A stretch of DNA of 64,000 bases from Cyanophyceae cyanobacterium (GTDB taxonomy: Bacteria; Cyanobacteriota; Cyanobacteriia; Cyanobacteriales; Laspinemataceae). Below the pieces are notes generated by a model. That model searched no databases, was not told the DNA's origin, and worked only from the letters and a program-made list of their open reading frames with translations. The stretch spans positions 1 through 64,000 of the forward strand of contig JBBQFN010000025.1 of NCBI GenBank assembly GCA_038321985.1. The letters are read 5' to 3'. Shown here piece after piece: positions 43,264 through 53,007 of the stretch; position 1 is the first letter of the stretch, and every line of letters starts with the position of its first letter. A program made the position numbers and the translations under genes.

Positions 43264-45945
43264 TTAATTAAATTGGGGAGGCAGTTCTGCTGGCGCAAGG
43301 GGTTGAGTCTCAAAGAACTTGGGACCCGGTTCTTTAACGGGTTCTTCGGCTGCATCCGGAGTACCTTCGGGGGTTCCTCCTGGGGCGGATGGATCAACAA
43401 CGCCACCGGGGAGATTTGCCCCAGGAACTGGGAGTTCTAAGGGTGCGGGGGGAGGAGGATCATCGCCGCCTGGAGTGGGGGGTGCGGGAATGACCAAGGC
43501 GGCGTCTGGAGTCCCGGGTGCGGGGGAAGCTGCCGGGTCACCGTTTGCGCCTGGGGCGGTAGCGGTGGTGGGCACCATTGCCGGGGCTTGTGGAATTGCC
43601 GGGGGTGGCGGAACCTCGACGGTTTCTGGGGGTGGCGGGGGCGCTAAAGTTTCGATAATCACCGATCGCTGTTGTTGGTTGCCCTCTTCATCGGTGACAG
43701 ACAGAGTAATGGTTTCACTGCCCGGTTGTTGACTCACGGGATAAGGCATTCTCCCTTCTGGGGGGACCGTTCCCGGGGCGGGTAGCAGTTCAACTTTCAT
43801 CCCGTTCCCCCCTTCTACTTTCCAGGAAATCATCAGGGAATTTTGTTGGGGATTGGCCTGCCGCACCAATTTTGGGGGTGCGGGTTGTCCATTAAAGGTA
43901 AATTCCATAATCCGCGTCGGAATCTTTTGGGCCAGAATTTTAAGGGTATTAGTGCGGCTGGTTTCTAATTGTTCCGGTTGTCCTTTTTTGGGGATAACAG
44001 TTAGGTGAAAAATATAGTCCCCGGGTTGAATGGCATCGGTGGGAACATTAGTACAAATCACTTGGAGATTGGCGGGGTTTTTTCCACAAAATCTCCGCAA
44101 CTCTTCGGGAATTCCATTGGCAAAATTATAGCGCTTTTCTACACTTTTAACAGTTCCATCTGCACCCAATCCAAGCAAGTTGATTTGTTGAATCTGATCC
44201 GGATGAGAAAGCGTCCAATTTAACAGAATTCGCTTACTCTCGGTGGCAGGGATACCAGATTTTATGGAGTTTGCAAGGGGTAACAAACTCTCTTGGTAGA
44301 CCGGTTGAGTAGAGGAAAATTCTTCAATTTTGGGTTTAGGAAGAGGTAAAATCCGAATGGGGTTCGTGCGGATAGTTTGCGTCTCTGCCTTGGGATTAAT
44401 CGGAATAGCAGTTATTTCAAATACATAATCCCCCTCCTCCCTGGCGTCAGTCCAAACATTGCGGCAAACCAGTTGTTCCCCTTGGGTACAAAACCGATCT
44501 AGGGCATTAGGCAAACCCGGGGTAAATTCGTAAACAAAGGGTCCACTTTTGACCAGTCCATCGGGAGAAAAACCCACCACTGTTAAGGTTTTGAGGTGAT
44601 TCGGGTTGGCAATCGTCCAATTCAGGCGGATGGCTTCATTATTCAGTTCTTGATAAGAATTGCTTTCCGGGGAAAATTGTACGACTTGCGATCGCACCGG
44701 CGGGCGAGTTATCAGCCACCAAATCAGAAAAATTAGGGCGGCAATACTGGCTGACATGAGGATGACGATGGGCAAAAATTGCCACCAGGGACGCGGTTCC
44801 CAAAATAAAGAAGCTTGAAAGCGATCGCTCATTAAGGGGAACCGCTGAAGGTCTTCGAGTTCAATGCTGAAATTAATCATTCGCCCGAAGAAAGGCCGCC
44901 ATCCCTTGGTCGGTTTCACCGAAACCCCGACGGTAACGGAGGTTCCAGGTAAAAGTCGGACTACGGGAGGGGTAATCATATAAGTACAGATGTCCTCCTC
45001 ATCGGTACTTTTGGCATGGATGGCAACCTCGCGGATGACATTGCCCTGATTAGACAAGCGCAGTTCAAACAGTCCCGCCTCATGCTTAATTTTGGCTACC
45101 AGGGAAAGCAGTTCTACGGTGACCAGATGGAGGGAGGCAATCTGGAGATAAACGACATCCAGGAGGGCGAGGTCGGGATAGTTAGCGGAGTAAGCCCGGA
45201 TCGTGGGGGCATACACTCCGGCCCAAGTATCGAGAGGAGGGCTGATAAACAGCAGGATTTGACCGACATCACCAGGATTGAGTTCGAGACCTTCCTGGGA
45301 GGTTACCATGCCCGATTGTTGGAATCCTTCGGGATAGATGATCGTAAACCACCGAGATTCCAAGTCCGGACAGGTCAGAAAAAAGCGGTCTACCCGGTCG
45401 GAACGGTTATGAACCGTGACCTGGATTTCCAGGGGTTGTCCTGGTGACAGGAGGGCGGGGGAAACGGAACTGGTGGGAGGTTGGAGGATAAAGGTTGGGT
45501 CACTGACGGTCCGCGCTTCTTGAATGAAGGGCATGACCTGTAGTCGAACCTTCTGGTCAATGGGGGTTTGTTCGGGGTAATGTTGGGGCGCATCAATGAC
45601 CAGGGTATAGTCATAGGTTCCGGGGATGGCATCTACGGGAATCTGCACCTGAAAGACGATTTCACTGGCTTGTCCGGGACTTAAAGCTAGTCGTTCCCGA
45701 GGACAAACGAACCACTGATGAACGGGTTGCGAAGTTTCTGCGATGAAAACATCAATGATGGCACTGACGGAACCTTGATTGGTGATGGTTGCGGTCAGTT
45801 CTAAGACTTCTCCAGCGGTAACTAAAGCAACGCCTGCGGGATTGAGGATAATCCCAATCGGACGAATCATCAGGCGATCGCCGTTATTCTCTTCAAATCC
45901 ATTGATGATCTGCCCCGATTTGGGGGTATAACCTTGCATGACCAT
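43264..45945 (-). CDS. CIS-associated single-pass membrane protein: N-terminal Ig-like domains, TM, duplicated external domain, Pro-rich tail
   Basis: Repeated PG...I.V.V.N...W...L.PG beta-sandwich motifs; TM FLPIVILMSASIAALIFLIWWLI; two LNWT...RFC...C.NV.TDA...GDY.F units. Confidence 0.75.
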   Translation of the reverse strand: MVMQGYTPKSGQIINGFEENNGDRLMIRPIGIILNPAGVALVTAGEVLELTATITNQGSVSAIIDVFIAETSQPVHQWFVCPRERLALSPGQASEIVFQVQIPVDAIPGTYDYTLVIDAPQHYPEQTPIDQKVRLQVMPFIQEARTVSDPTFILQPPTSSVSPALLSPGQPLEIQVTVHNRSDRVDRFFLTCPDLESRWFTIIYPEGFQQSGMVTSQEGLELNPGDVGQILLFISPPLDTWAGVYAPTIRAYSANYPDLALLDVVYLQIASLHLVTVELLSLVAKIKHEAGLFELRLSNQGNVIREVAIHAKSTDEEDICTYMITPPVVRLLPGTSVTVGVSVKPTKGWRPFFGRMINFSIELEDLQRFPLMSDRFQASLFWEPRPWWQFLPIVILMSASIAALIFLIWWLITRPPVRSQVVQFSPESNSYQELNNEAIRLNWTIANPNHLKTLTVVGFSPDGLVKSGPFVYEFTPGLPNALDRFCTQGEQLVCRNVWTDAREEGDYVFEITAIPINPKAETQTIRTNPIRILPLPKPKIEEFSSTQPVYQESLLPLANSIKSGIPATESKRILLNWTLSHPDQIQQINLLGLGADGTVKSVEKRYNFANGIPEELRRFCGKNPANLQVICTNVPTDAIQPGDYIFHLTVIPKKGQPEQLETSRTNTLKILAQKIPTRIMEFTFNGQPAPPKLVRQANPQQNSLMISWKVEGGNGMKVELLPAPGTVPPEGRMPYPVSQQPGSETITLSVTDEEGNQQQRSVIIETLAPPPPPETVEVPPPPAIPQAPAMVPTTATAPGANGDPAASPAPGTPDAALVIPAPPTPGGDDPPPPAPLELPVPGANLPGGVVDPSAPGGTPEGTPDAAEEPVKEPGPKFFETQPLAPAELPPQFN

Positions 45946-45993
45946 TGTTCTGCTCCTCTTAATCCCTCTATTGGCCTGAAATAGTGAGTCTAA

Positions 45994-48243
45994 TTACCGC
46001 CTTGCTCCACCCCCATCTTCTAAATCACATCCCAAGTTAGGTAATCGTGGATGAGATTCTACCCGGACCTCTTGTGTATCATCAGTACCTGCCGCGATGA
46101 GCAGATGGTCATTAACTACTTTGATATCGACGCTCTTCCAGTTTCTATTTTTGGCCTGGATAATTTGCTCTCCCTGGGGTTGGGCACGGCTGCCATCGGT
46201 GTTAAGCGGCCATAACATGACTCTGCCATCATCGCCGCCACTGACCAGGTAACAGCCATCTTCGCTCAAGGCGACCGATCGCACAGGTTGGCCGTTGTGA
46301 GCGTCATCCCATTGTTCGATTCTTTGGCAATCTGCACCCCCGTTCAAACAGGCCGGCTGCATATTCCATACCGTAATATACCCGTGAGTATCAGCAGTCA
46401 CCAGCAGGTTGGGATTGAACTCCGCCGTATCTAGACTGTTAATATAAGCATCCTTTCCTCCTTCCCGGTATGGCACAACCGTTTCGGTATTCTCTGGCCA
46501 ATTCCACAACACCAACTGATTCAACTGCCCCGCCACGGCTAACGTGCGATCATCATTACCCACAAATTTCAGGGCATACACGGCGAAGTTAAATTGTTTG
46601 ATCAGGTTGGGTGCGATCGCCTCGGAAGTTGCCCCCGAGCGTTCCACGTCTCTCAAGTCCCATTGTAAGACCGCCCCACTGCCATGACCGCTAAATAAGG
46701 AGCGAGAATCCTGGGTAAATTCTAAGGCAAATACCCGGTTATCTTTTTGATAGACAAAGGACTGAAATGGGTCTGATCGGTTATCGGTTAAATTCCAGAG
46801 ATTAATTTCCCCATTTTCTAATCCAGTTGCCACCCAATTATTGTTGACCGGGCGAAACTCAACAACCCTCACCGCTTTTTCGCCCGTAGGGGCAATTGAC
46901 CAATCGCCCTGCTTTTGAAAGGAACGAGTCAGCCATGGCCAGAATTGATTCCTTTTATTGGGGAATTTCCGCAGTTCTGGGTTGACGATGGGGTTAAAAA
47001 ATCCCTGGATATTCCATTCGATGAGGGTTTGGTCATTGGAACCGCTCATGAGTCTTTCCCCCACCCCATTAAATTTTACGGTGTTGACGGGTTGATGATG
47101 TCCAAAAAAGGGATTTCTGGGATTGAGCCAGGATAACCACCAGAGAAGATAAAGGAGGAAGAGTCCGCCTAAGAGTTGTAACGCTAGGGGGAGGACCGGT
47201 TTAACCACTAATTCTAGGGTTTGACGTTCATTGCGGGTATCCACCCGGCGATCGGACCAAATCCCCGTCAATTCTAAGAGAAGTTTACGATTTCTGCCGA
47301 ACCAGGGCCGCTTTTTACGGGCAGTTAATAGGAATTCGACTGTTTCTTCTGGGGCGATCGCACTCGCTTCGGGGATGAGGGTTAAGTCGCATTCCGGGGG
47401 GTTGTCTCCGGCAAGTTCTACGGTTGCTTCCTGGTTTAAATTGCTGGCATTTGTGGCTTCGAGGCTGTAGATAACCGGGGGAGACTGCCAAAATTTCCAA
47501 GCTCGTTTATGGGGAATGGTTAGTTTTTTAGGAGTGGCATTCAAGTCTAGAAACCCCATTGGCATCAGTTCCAGAGTGCCGCTGACTTCAGAGGCAGGGC
47601 CATTATTATGGGTGGCTTCAATGATGAACAGATAAGCTTGACTCGGAGCTATCGCACCAAAGGGGGGTTGATAGGTAAAGGTGGTTTCGACCGATTTACC
47701 CGGAGGCACTTGTAACCGTCGTTCCCCGGAAAGGGGGAGCCATCTGGGGTCGATCGCCTTCTCCGTAAGCAGAGCATTGCTCAGGAGTTGACCCGGGTTA
47801 TAAACCCGCACCGGCACTTCGAGGCGACTCCCGGGATTGATTTGAAATTGTTTAACCGGGAGTTCCAGTTGCAACAGCGTCGCGCCCGTCCCCCGTTCGA
47901 CGACTAAACGTAGAATTTCCCGGGCTTCATCCGGCAGTTCCATCGAAAAGACACGCACTCGGATATTCATCATGCCCACAAATCCCGGAACAGGGGTATC
48001 CAGAATAGAGACATGAAACCGCGTGGCCGCACCCGGGGGTTTTTTGCTGCTGGCAGTGGGGGAGATGTTGTACCAGTCGCCATTACGATTGACGGCAGCA
48101 CCTGCGGCAATGAGTTCGACTTGGAAGCTGGCAAAGCGATCGCTGCCATTCACGACCGTGACTTCAAACGAGACGGGTACTCCTCCGGGTTCAAAATGGA
48201 GTTCTTTCGTTGAGACAATTGTATTAATTACTGTAGTTGCCAT
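45994..48243 (-). CDS. CIS-associated single-pass membrane protein: Ig-like domains, TM, WD40 propeller
   Basis: N-terminal beta-sandwich motifs; TM LQLLGGLFLLYLLWWLSWL; WD40 units such as SGSNDQTLIEWN, LFSGHGSGAVLQWD and LVSGGDDGRVMLW. Confidence 0.8.
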   Translation of the reverse strand: MATTVINTIVSTKELHFEPGGVPVSFEVTVVNGSDRFASFQVELIAAGAAVNRNGDWYNISPTASSKKPPGAATRFHVSILDTPVPGFVGMMNIRVRVFSMELPDEAREILRLVVERGTGATLLQLELPVKQFQINPGSRLEVPVRVYNPGQLLSNALLTEKAIDPRWLPLSGERRLQVPPGKSVETTFTYQPPFGAIAPSQAYLFIIEATHNNGPASEVSGTLELMPMGFLDLNATPKKLTIPHKRAWKFWQSPPVIYSLEATNASNLNQEATVELAGDNPPECDLTLIPEASAIAPEETVEFLLTARKKRPWFGRNRKLLLELTGIWSDRRVDTRNERQTLELVVKPVLPLALQLLGGLFLLYLLWWLSWLNPRNPFFGHHQPVNTVKFNGVGERLMSGSNDQTLIEWNIQGFFNPIVNPELRKFPNKRNQFWPWLTRSFQKQGDWSIAPTGEKAVRVVEFRPVNNNWVATGLENGEINLWNLTDNRSDPFQSFVYQKDNRVFALEFTQDSRSLFSGHGSGAVLQWDLRDVERSGATSEAIAPNLIKQFNFAVYALKFVGNDDRTLAVAGQLNQLVLWNWPENTETVVPYREGGKDAYINSLDTAEFNPNLLVTADTHGYITVWNMQPACLNGGADCQRIEQWDDAHNGQPVRSVALSEDGCYLVSGGDDGRVMLWPLNTDGSRAQPQGEQIIQAKNRNWKSVDIKVVNDHLLIAAGTDDTQEVRVESHPRLPNLGCDLEDGGGARR

Positions 48244-48273
48244 ACTCTTGCTTTTGTCTCTTAATAATATAAA

Positions 48274-50193
48274 TTACAAGCCAAACAAAGTTGACATTCG
48301 GTTGCGAATCCACCCTAAAGGGTTTTGATTGAATCCTTCTTCATCATCCAATAAACCCATTTTTTGTAGCAGTTCTTTTCTCGATTCTAGTTCAGCTTTG
48401 TGTTCATGCAAAGCTTGGGCAATTTGTTCGGCCAAATCTTTGTAATTTCTTAAGAGCTTTTGCAACCCTTCGCGATCGAGCACAAATAAAACCGTATCTT
48501 CTCGGGTGCGAACCGTCGCCGTTCGGGGAATTCCTAGCAGTAAGGAAAGTTCACCAAAAAAAGTACCCACACCTAAATTAGTGAGAAATTTATCAATTTT
48601 TTCCACAAAAATTTCCACTGACCCTTCCAGAATAATATAAAAGGCATCTCCCGGTTCATCTTCTCGGCAAACATATTCCCCAGGATACAAAATTTTACGA
48701 TATCCCATCTCAATTAACTGTTGAATTTCGGCATTGCTGAAACTGTGAAAATAAGAGACTTTTTTTAATAATTCGGCAATATCTATTTTTTTAAATTCTT
48801 CAGCTTTACTGCGAGTCCGCTTAGATTTAACCAGCAATTGTTCAAAGTAGTTGCTGTCGCTCATCTGCGTTAATAGCATGGCTTTTTTAGCTTTGTCAGT
48901 CTCGGTTTGTAGTAAACTTAACTGGTCTTTAAACCCTTGCTCACGGGCATAAATTTTGTTCGCCATATCTTGAAAGATCCGGGCCAATTCACCTACTTCA
49001 TCAGAACGGTTGGTGACCTTAGTCAAACTGTTGGGGTCAAAATTGCCTAATTCGATATCATAGGCGGTGGCACTGAGTCGTAAGAGGGGTTGAATCAACC
49101 ATTTGGCGATCGCAATCCCTAAGAGGGTCGCCACCACCAATGCGGCGAGTGAAAGGACAACCGTATTGCGAGTATTTTCATAGATATACCCCATAAAATC
49201 TGATTCTGGGACGATCGCCACCACCAGCCAATCTAGACCCCTTGCATTCTGGATAGGATTCACCGCCACCAGTTGCATTTTGCCATTCAGGGAAAATTTA
49301 AAATTCTCCGGAGTCTGAATACTATCGAGATTGTTATATCGTGCTAATAATTCCCGTGCAGTGCCTTGAATTGTCGGATTGACACTATCAACCGCTAACA
49401 GTCGGTTTGGATTTTCAGGAGAGTCTGTTTGTCCGGCTTCCCCTTCAACTAACAGATTTTCAACCACCGAACTCGCTACAATAGTTCCTGAGCGTTCTAC
49501 AATAAAAGCGGCCCCGGCGGGAGAAATTTCTAAATTGTTTAAAAAGTCACTCAATTGACCCAGGGAAATATTAATAGCAAACACCCCTTCCAGGTTTCCC
49601 CCAGGCTGATAAACGGGCGCAACGGCTGTAATTCCTAGGACATCTTGGGACTGAAACTTATAGATAGGACTCCAGGTGATTTGACCCAAGGTTTTGGCCT
49701 TCTGATACCAGGGTCGCACGCGCGGATCGTACTCCCCAACGCTAATTTCACCGAGTCGATTCCCTTGCTTATCCAGTTCATAAGTTCTGCGGGAGGAACC
49801 CGACTCCTCCTGACGAATCCGCAGCACTCGTTTGCCATCCTCTAGTAAATTAATTCCCACAAACTCTCCAGCTTCATTTCCATAATAAGAATAAATGATG
49901 GAATCATCCCAAAGCATTTGGTGCCAAAAGTAGCGTTCTAATTGTCCAAAGTCTTCTACATTTAAGTTGTCACTGCCAATAGCAGCTAAGGTCAACTCAT
50001 GGAAAACTTGGGGTTGTTTCATATAGGTTAAGACTTCGGATTCAATGCGATGGCTGACTTCGCCGCTTAACTTGCGAACTAGCATCTCAACCGACTGCCG
50101 TCCACTGCGAAACGAGAGCCATCCGGTTACACCGACGGCGACAAAAATTGGAAAAACGATTAGGGCCGGTAGAACTTTGCGGATTGAAACCAT
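48274..50193 (-). CDS. Membrane receptor: dCache sensor, HAMP, cyclic-nucleotide-binding domain
   Basis: Two TMs flank YDPRVRPWY; HAMP RSDEVGELARIFQDMA; cNMP domain with GDAFYIILEGSV and FFGELSLL..IPRTATV. Confidence 0.88.
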   Translation of the reverse strand: MVSIRKVLPALIVFPIFVAVGVTGWLSFRSGRQSVEMLVRKLSGEVSHRIESEVLTYMKQPQVFHELTLAAIGSDNLNVEDFGQLERYFWHQMLWDDSIIYSYYGNEAGEFVGINLLEDGKRVLRIRQEESGSSRRTYELDKQGNRLGEISVGEYDPRVRPWYQKAKTLGQITWSPIYKFQSQDVLGITAVAPVYQPGGNLEGVFAINISLGQLSDFLNNLEISPAGAAFIVERSGTIVASSVVENLLVEGEAGQTDSPENPNRLLAVDSVNPTIQGTARELLARYNNLDSIQTPENFKFSLNGKMQLVAVNPIQNARGLDWLVVAIVPESDFMGYIYENTRNTVVLSLAALVVATLLGIAIAKWLIQPLLRLSATAYDIELGNFDPNSLTKVTNRSDEVGELARIFQDMANKIYAREQGFKDQLSLLQTETDKAKKAMLLTQMSDSNYFEQLLVKSKRTRSKAEEFKKIDIAELLKKVSYFHSFSNAEIQQLIEMGYRKILYPGEYVCREDEPGDAFYIILEGSVEIFVEKIDKFLTNLGVGTFFGELSLLLGIPRTATVRTREDTVLFVLDREGLQKLLRNYKDLAEQIAQALHEHKAELESRKELLQKMGLLDDEEGFNQNPLGWIRNRMSTLFGL

Positions 50194-50306
50194 CTTTTTT
50201 CCCCTTATCTAGTCGGGTTCTCATGGGTCAAGTGTCATTTACCCTATGTGGTTTGTCATTTGTCATTTAAGGACTAAGGACCAATGACCAACAACAAATC
50301 CACATA

Positions 50307-51758
50307 TCAAATTGAATCGGGGAGTTGGGTTAGTGGGAATTCCTGGGCTTTTTGTAATTGGGTAAGTTTCCGACGGGTGCGGGCATAATGTAAAATATTA
50401 ATGCCCATTTCCTGGGCCGTACGGATGGTTTCTCTCCCTAATGAGAGATTGGGATCTAATCCCCAAGCCGCGGATAAGTTCCCGATGAAAATTATGATTC
50501 CTCCCCCAGCTAATATTTTCAAGGTTTGTCCATTGACTGTCGGTAAGGCTGAAAATAGAAAAGGTTGAGTTCTCAGGGGGTGATTCCTGCTGAGGTTATC
50601 CAAGTCTTCTAAAGGGATTCCTAAGTCTCGGGCGAATTTTTTAAAAGCGGAAGATAGAGTATTAATTTCTTCGCTCAAGGCGCTTTTAATCGAGATTAAT
50701 TCTTCTTCTAGGGATTTTTTAAGTTCGAGTTGATTCACCAATTGTTCATTCCGAGAAGCAGAAGCGGTTTTGCCCGGGAATTCGTTGGGTTCTTTGGGAA
50801 CACTCAGACTGATTTCCAGCCGAGAAATTGCCTCTTGTAATTGATGCTGCAATCCAATTAATTCCTCAACTTTTGTCCCCTTAATCGATGCCTCTACCAA
50901 CAGCACTCCTCCCATTTCTATATACTGCCCTAAAAGGTCAAATTCTCCGGGAGTCAGAGAGAGAGAGGGTTGGGTTTTAAAATACAAGACATCGTAGGTA
51001 ATTAAGTCATTAATCTCCGAGGATGACTGCAAGGTAAATTGTCCGATTTCATTTAACCCTTGCCAAACGGGATAAAGACCTGCGATCGCCTGACTCAGAT
51101 AAGCCAAATTAGCATAAATCTGAGCATCTTCTGGAGTATTTTTAACCACTTGTGCCAACCGGACCACCGCCTGGGTTCGCGTATTTGCTTGGGGTCGATA
51201 CCGTAAATCTAACTGATTCACCCCAGGAAACCAAGCCTCTAAAGCGATAGAAAATTCCACCTCTCCCGGTTGCAATAAAATTCGACAAAGTTCCACCTCC
51301 CACTCGGCTGGGGGGCTATTTTTTTCATCAATTCTAAAAGATTCGGTAACAATATCTGAAGTACCATTTTCCTCCCGCACCAATCCATCCGGATCTACAT
51401 AACTGACGACGAGATAAACCATCAACGGTTTTCCCATCAGCGCGGTAGAAGTAATCCGAAAATCAATCGGTTCGGGAATCACAACCAAATTCCCAAACAA
51501 ATCAATGGCAATTCCCGGCTGAATTTGCACCCATCGTTTATCTCGATATGCTGAGGGAATATCATTAGGTGGGTCAATTAACCGCACCCCCATATCACTG
51601 ACAATTCCCGGTTGATTTAAGGATTGAAAATGAGCATTTTGGCGATGACGGTGGTAGTCATGAGCCAAGCGCCATCGTTCGGCATCAATTAACAGTCCAT
51701 CGCTCACGTGTAGCCGATTTAAAGGTTTGATATTGGGAGGGAGCCAAGGGAGTGTCAT
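50307..51758 (-). CDS. CIS baseplate-associated DUF4159 protein
   Basis: N-terminal RLHVSDGLLIDAERW...PGIV...IQPGIAIDLFG; C-terminal DUF4159-like YIEMGGVLLVEA, HPLRTQPFLF, LSAAWG and AQEMGINI. Confidence 0.75.
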   Translation of the reverse strand: MTLPWLPPNIKPLNRLHVSDGLLIDAERWRLAHDYHRHRQNAHFQSLNQPGIVSDMGVRLIDPPNDIPSAYRDKRWVQIQPGIAIDLFGNLVVIPEPIDFRITSTALMGKPLMVYLVVSYVDPDGLVREENGTSDIVTESFRIDEKNSPPAEWEVELCRILLQPGEVEFSIALEAWFPGVNQLDLRYRPQANTRTQAVVRLAQVVKNTPEDAQIYANLAYLSQAIAGLYPVWQGLNEIGQFTLQSSSEINDLITYDVLYFKTQPSLSLTPGEFDLLGQYIEMGGVLLVEASIKGTKVEELIGLQHQLQEAISRLEISLSVPKEPNEFPGKTASASRNEQLVNQLELKKSLEEELISIKSALSEEINTLSSAFKKFARDLGIPLEDLDNLSRNHPLRTQPFLFSALPTVNGQTLKILAGGGIIIFIGNLSAAWGLDPNLSLGRETIRTAQEMGINILHYARTRRKLTQLQKAQEFPLTQLPDSI

Positions 51759-51838
51759 GTTAGGAATTCACCAGATTAAGGGTTAGAATAAGCAGTTGGG
51801 CCTCTAAATTAGGCCGGAATCTTACCCCCATTGCCTCT

Positions 51839-51911
51839 GTAGGGGCGATTCGAGAATCGCCGGACAATTAATTGATAACCGATTTAAATGTCTGTAGGGG
51901 CGATTCGAGAA
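51839..51911 (+). repeat. GTAG-type REP-like element, two copies
   Basis: GTAGGGGCGATTCGAGAATCGCC at 51839 and a partial copy at 51894 inside the 3' end of the baseplate gene. Confidence 0.65.
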
Positions 51912-52969
51912 AGGGAATTAATGGGATTGATATACAAATCATAAGTACAAAATGCTGGTTTTTCTTGTTCAATAATTTTCCGAACCAGTCTCTCATCAAT
52001 TTGGTTGGGATAGTCGGGTCGCAGTTTGACAATAAAATGATAGGGTTGTCCACCCCCGATGCTCGTATCTTCTCCCAAGCGACTTCTTCCGATTACTAAT
52101 CCCTGGGTGAAAACTTCCTGAATACTAATATGTTTTTCATCTTCTGGAAGATGGTCATCCAGGGGCAAATTGGTATAAAGATAGAGATAAAAGCGCAATC
52201 CCCGACGAGTGCCGCGCCAACGATAGAGTTCGATCGCATACCGGATTAAATAGCGCTGTTGGGTCAGACTCAGATGGGGGTCAATTTCCCACCCTACCCA
52301 GTACGCCAAAAAGGGTAATAAGCTTTCCGGGGCCATGAGGGGGTCAACATAAGCCCAAATTGCATCCATGGCCTGAACCGTCGGTTCAAAACTCTGCTCA
52401 AAAATAGAGAGCAATCGACCGATGAAGTCTACTTCCTGGTAGAGTTCGGGTAAAAATTCCAGGTAGAGACTCCGGGGACGCAAGTAGAGGCTGAAGGCAG
52501 CGGAATCATGATGTTCTTGGGTCCGATTTTCTTCGATGCAAGAGACGCCAAAGCGGCCCTGAAAATCCAAAAGAGCCGGATTGGTACTGACAATCTCTGG
52601 GCTCTCGAAGAAGTTGGGGGGAACGTTGAAGTAGAGGACCGCTTCCATCTTGCCTCCCGGAGGCAGTTCGTGACCTTCGGTTCCCAGTTGACACCACTCA
52701 GGGGGAAAATTGCCCGTCACGGTAGCATTGACTTGGAGGGTGCGATCGCCAATATTTTCTAGCTTGACCAGAATTTCGCTGGGTTCTCCCGGATGCAACA
52801 GGAGGTCACACCGATTTCTGAGGGGTGGCAAGGCACTCCTGAGCGATCGCCCCCCTTCGGCAATCTCCACGGCTTCATGCCACCGTCCCACCGGCTGAGT
52901 CGGTGCTTCTGGCACTTGCATGGGCAGCAATTGCAGTTTTAGTGGGAGTAGGTCACGGGCTTGAGTCAT
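51884..52969 (-). CDS. CIS baseplate wedge protein, P2 gpI-like (Afp12-like), with N-terminal Ig-like domain
   Basis: YLEFLPELYQ, FIGRLLSIFE, DPLMAP..LLPFLAYWVG, YRWRGTRRGL and EKPAF. Alternative start GTG 53002. Confidence 0.88.
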   Translation of the reverse strand: MTQARDLLPLKLQLLPMQVPEAPTQPVGRWHEAVEIAEGGRSLRSALPPLRNRCDLLLHPGEPSEILVKLENIGDRTLQVNATVTGNFPPEWCQLGTEGHELPPGGKMEAVLYFNVPPNFFESPEIVSTNPALLDFQGRFGVSCIEENRTQEHHDSAAFSLYLRPRSLYLEFLPELYQEVDFIGRLLSIFEQSFEPTVQAMDAIWAYVDPLMAPESLLPFLAYWVGWEIDPHLSLTQQRYLIRYAIELYRWRGTRRGLRFYLYLYTNLPLDDHLPEDEKHISIQEVFTQGLVIGRSRLGEDTSIGGGQPYHFIVKLRPDYPNQIDERLVRKIIEQEKPAFCTYDLYINPINSLSRIAPTDI

Positions 52970-53007
52970 GAGGGTTAAACTACGGATTGCACGGATTTTC
53001 ACTGAGC

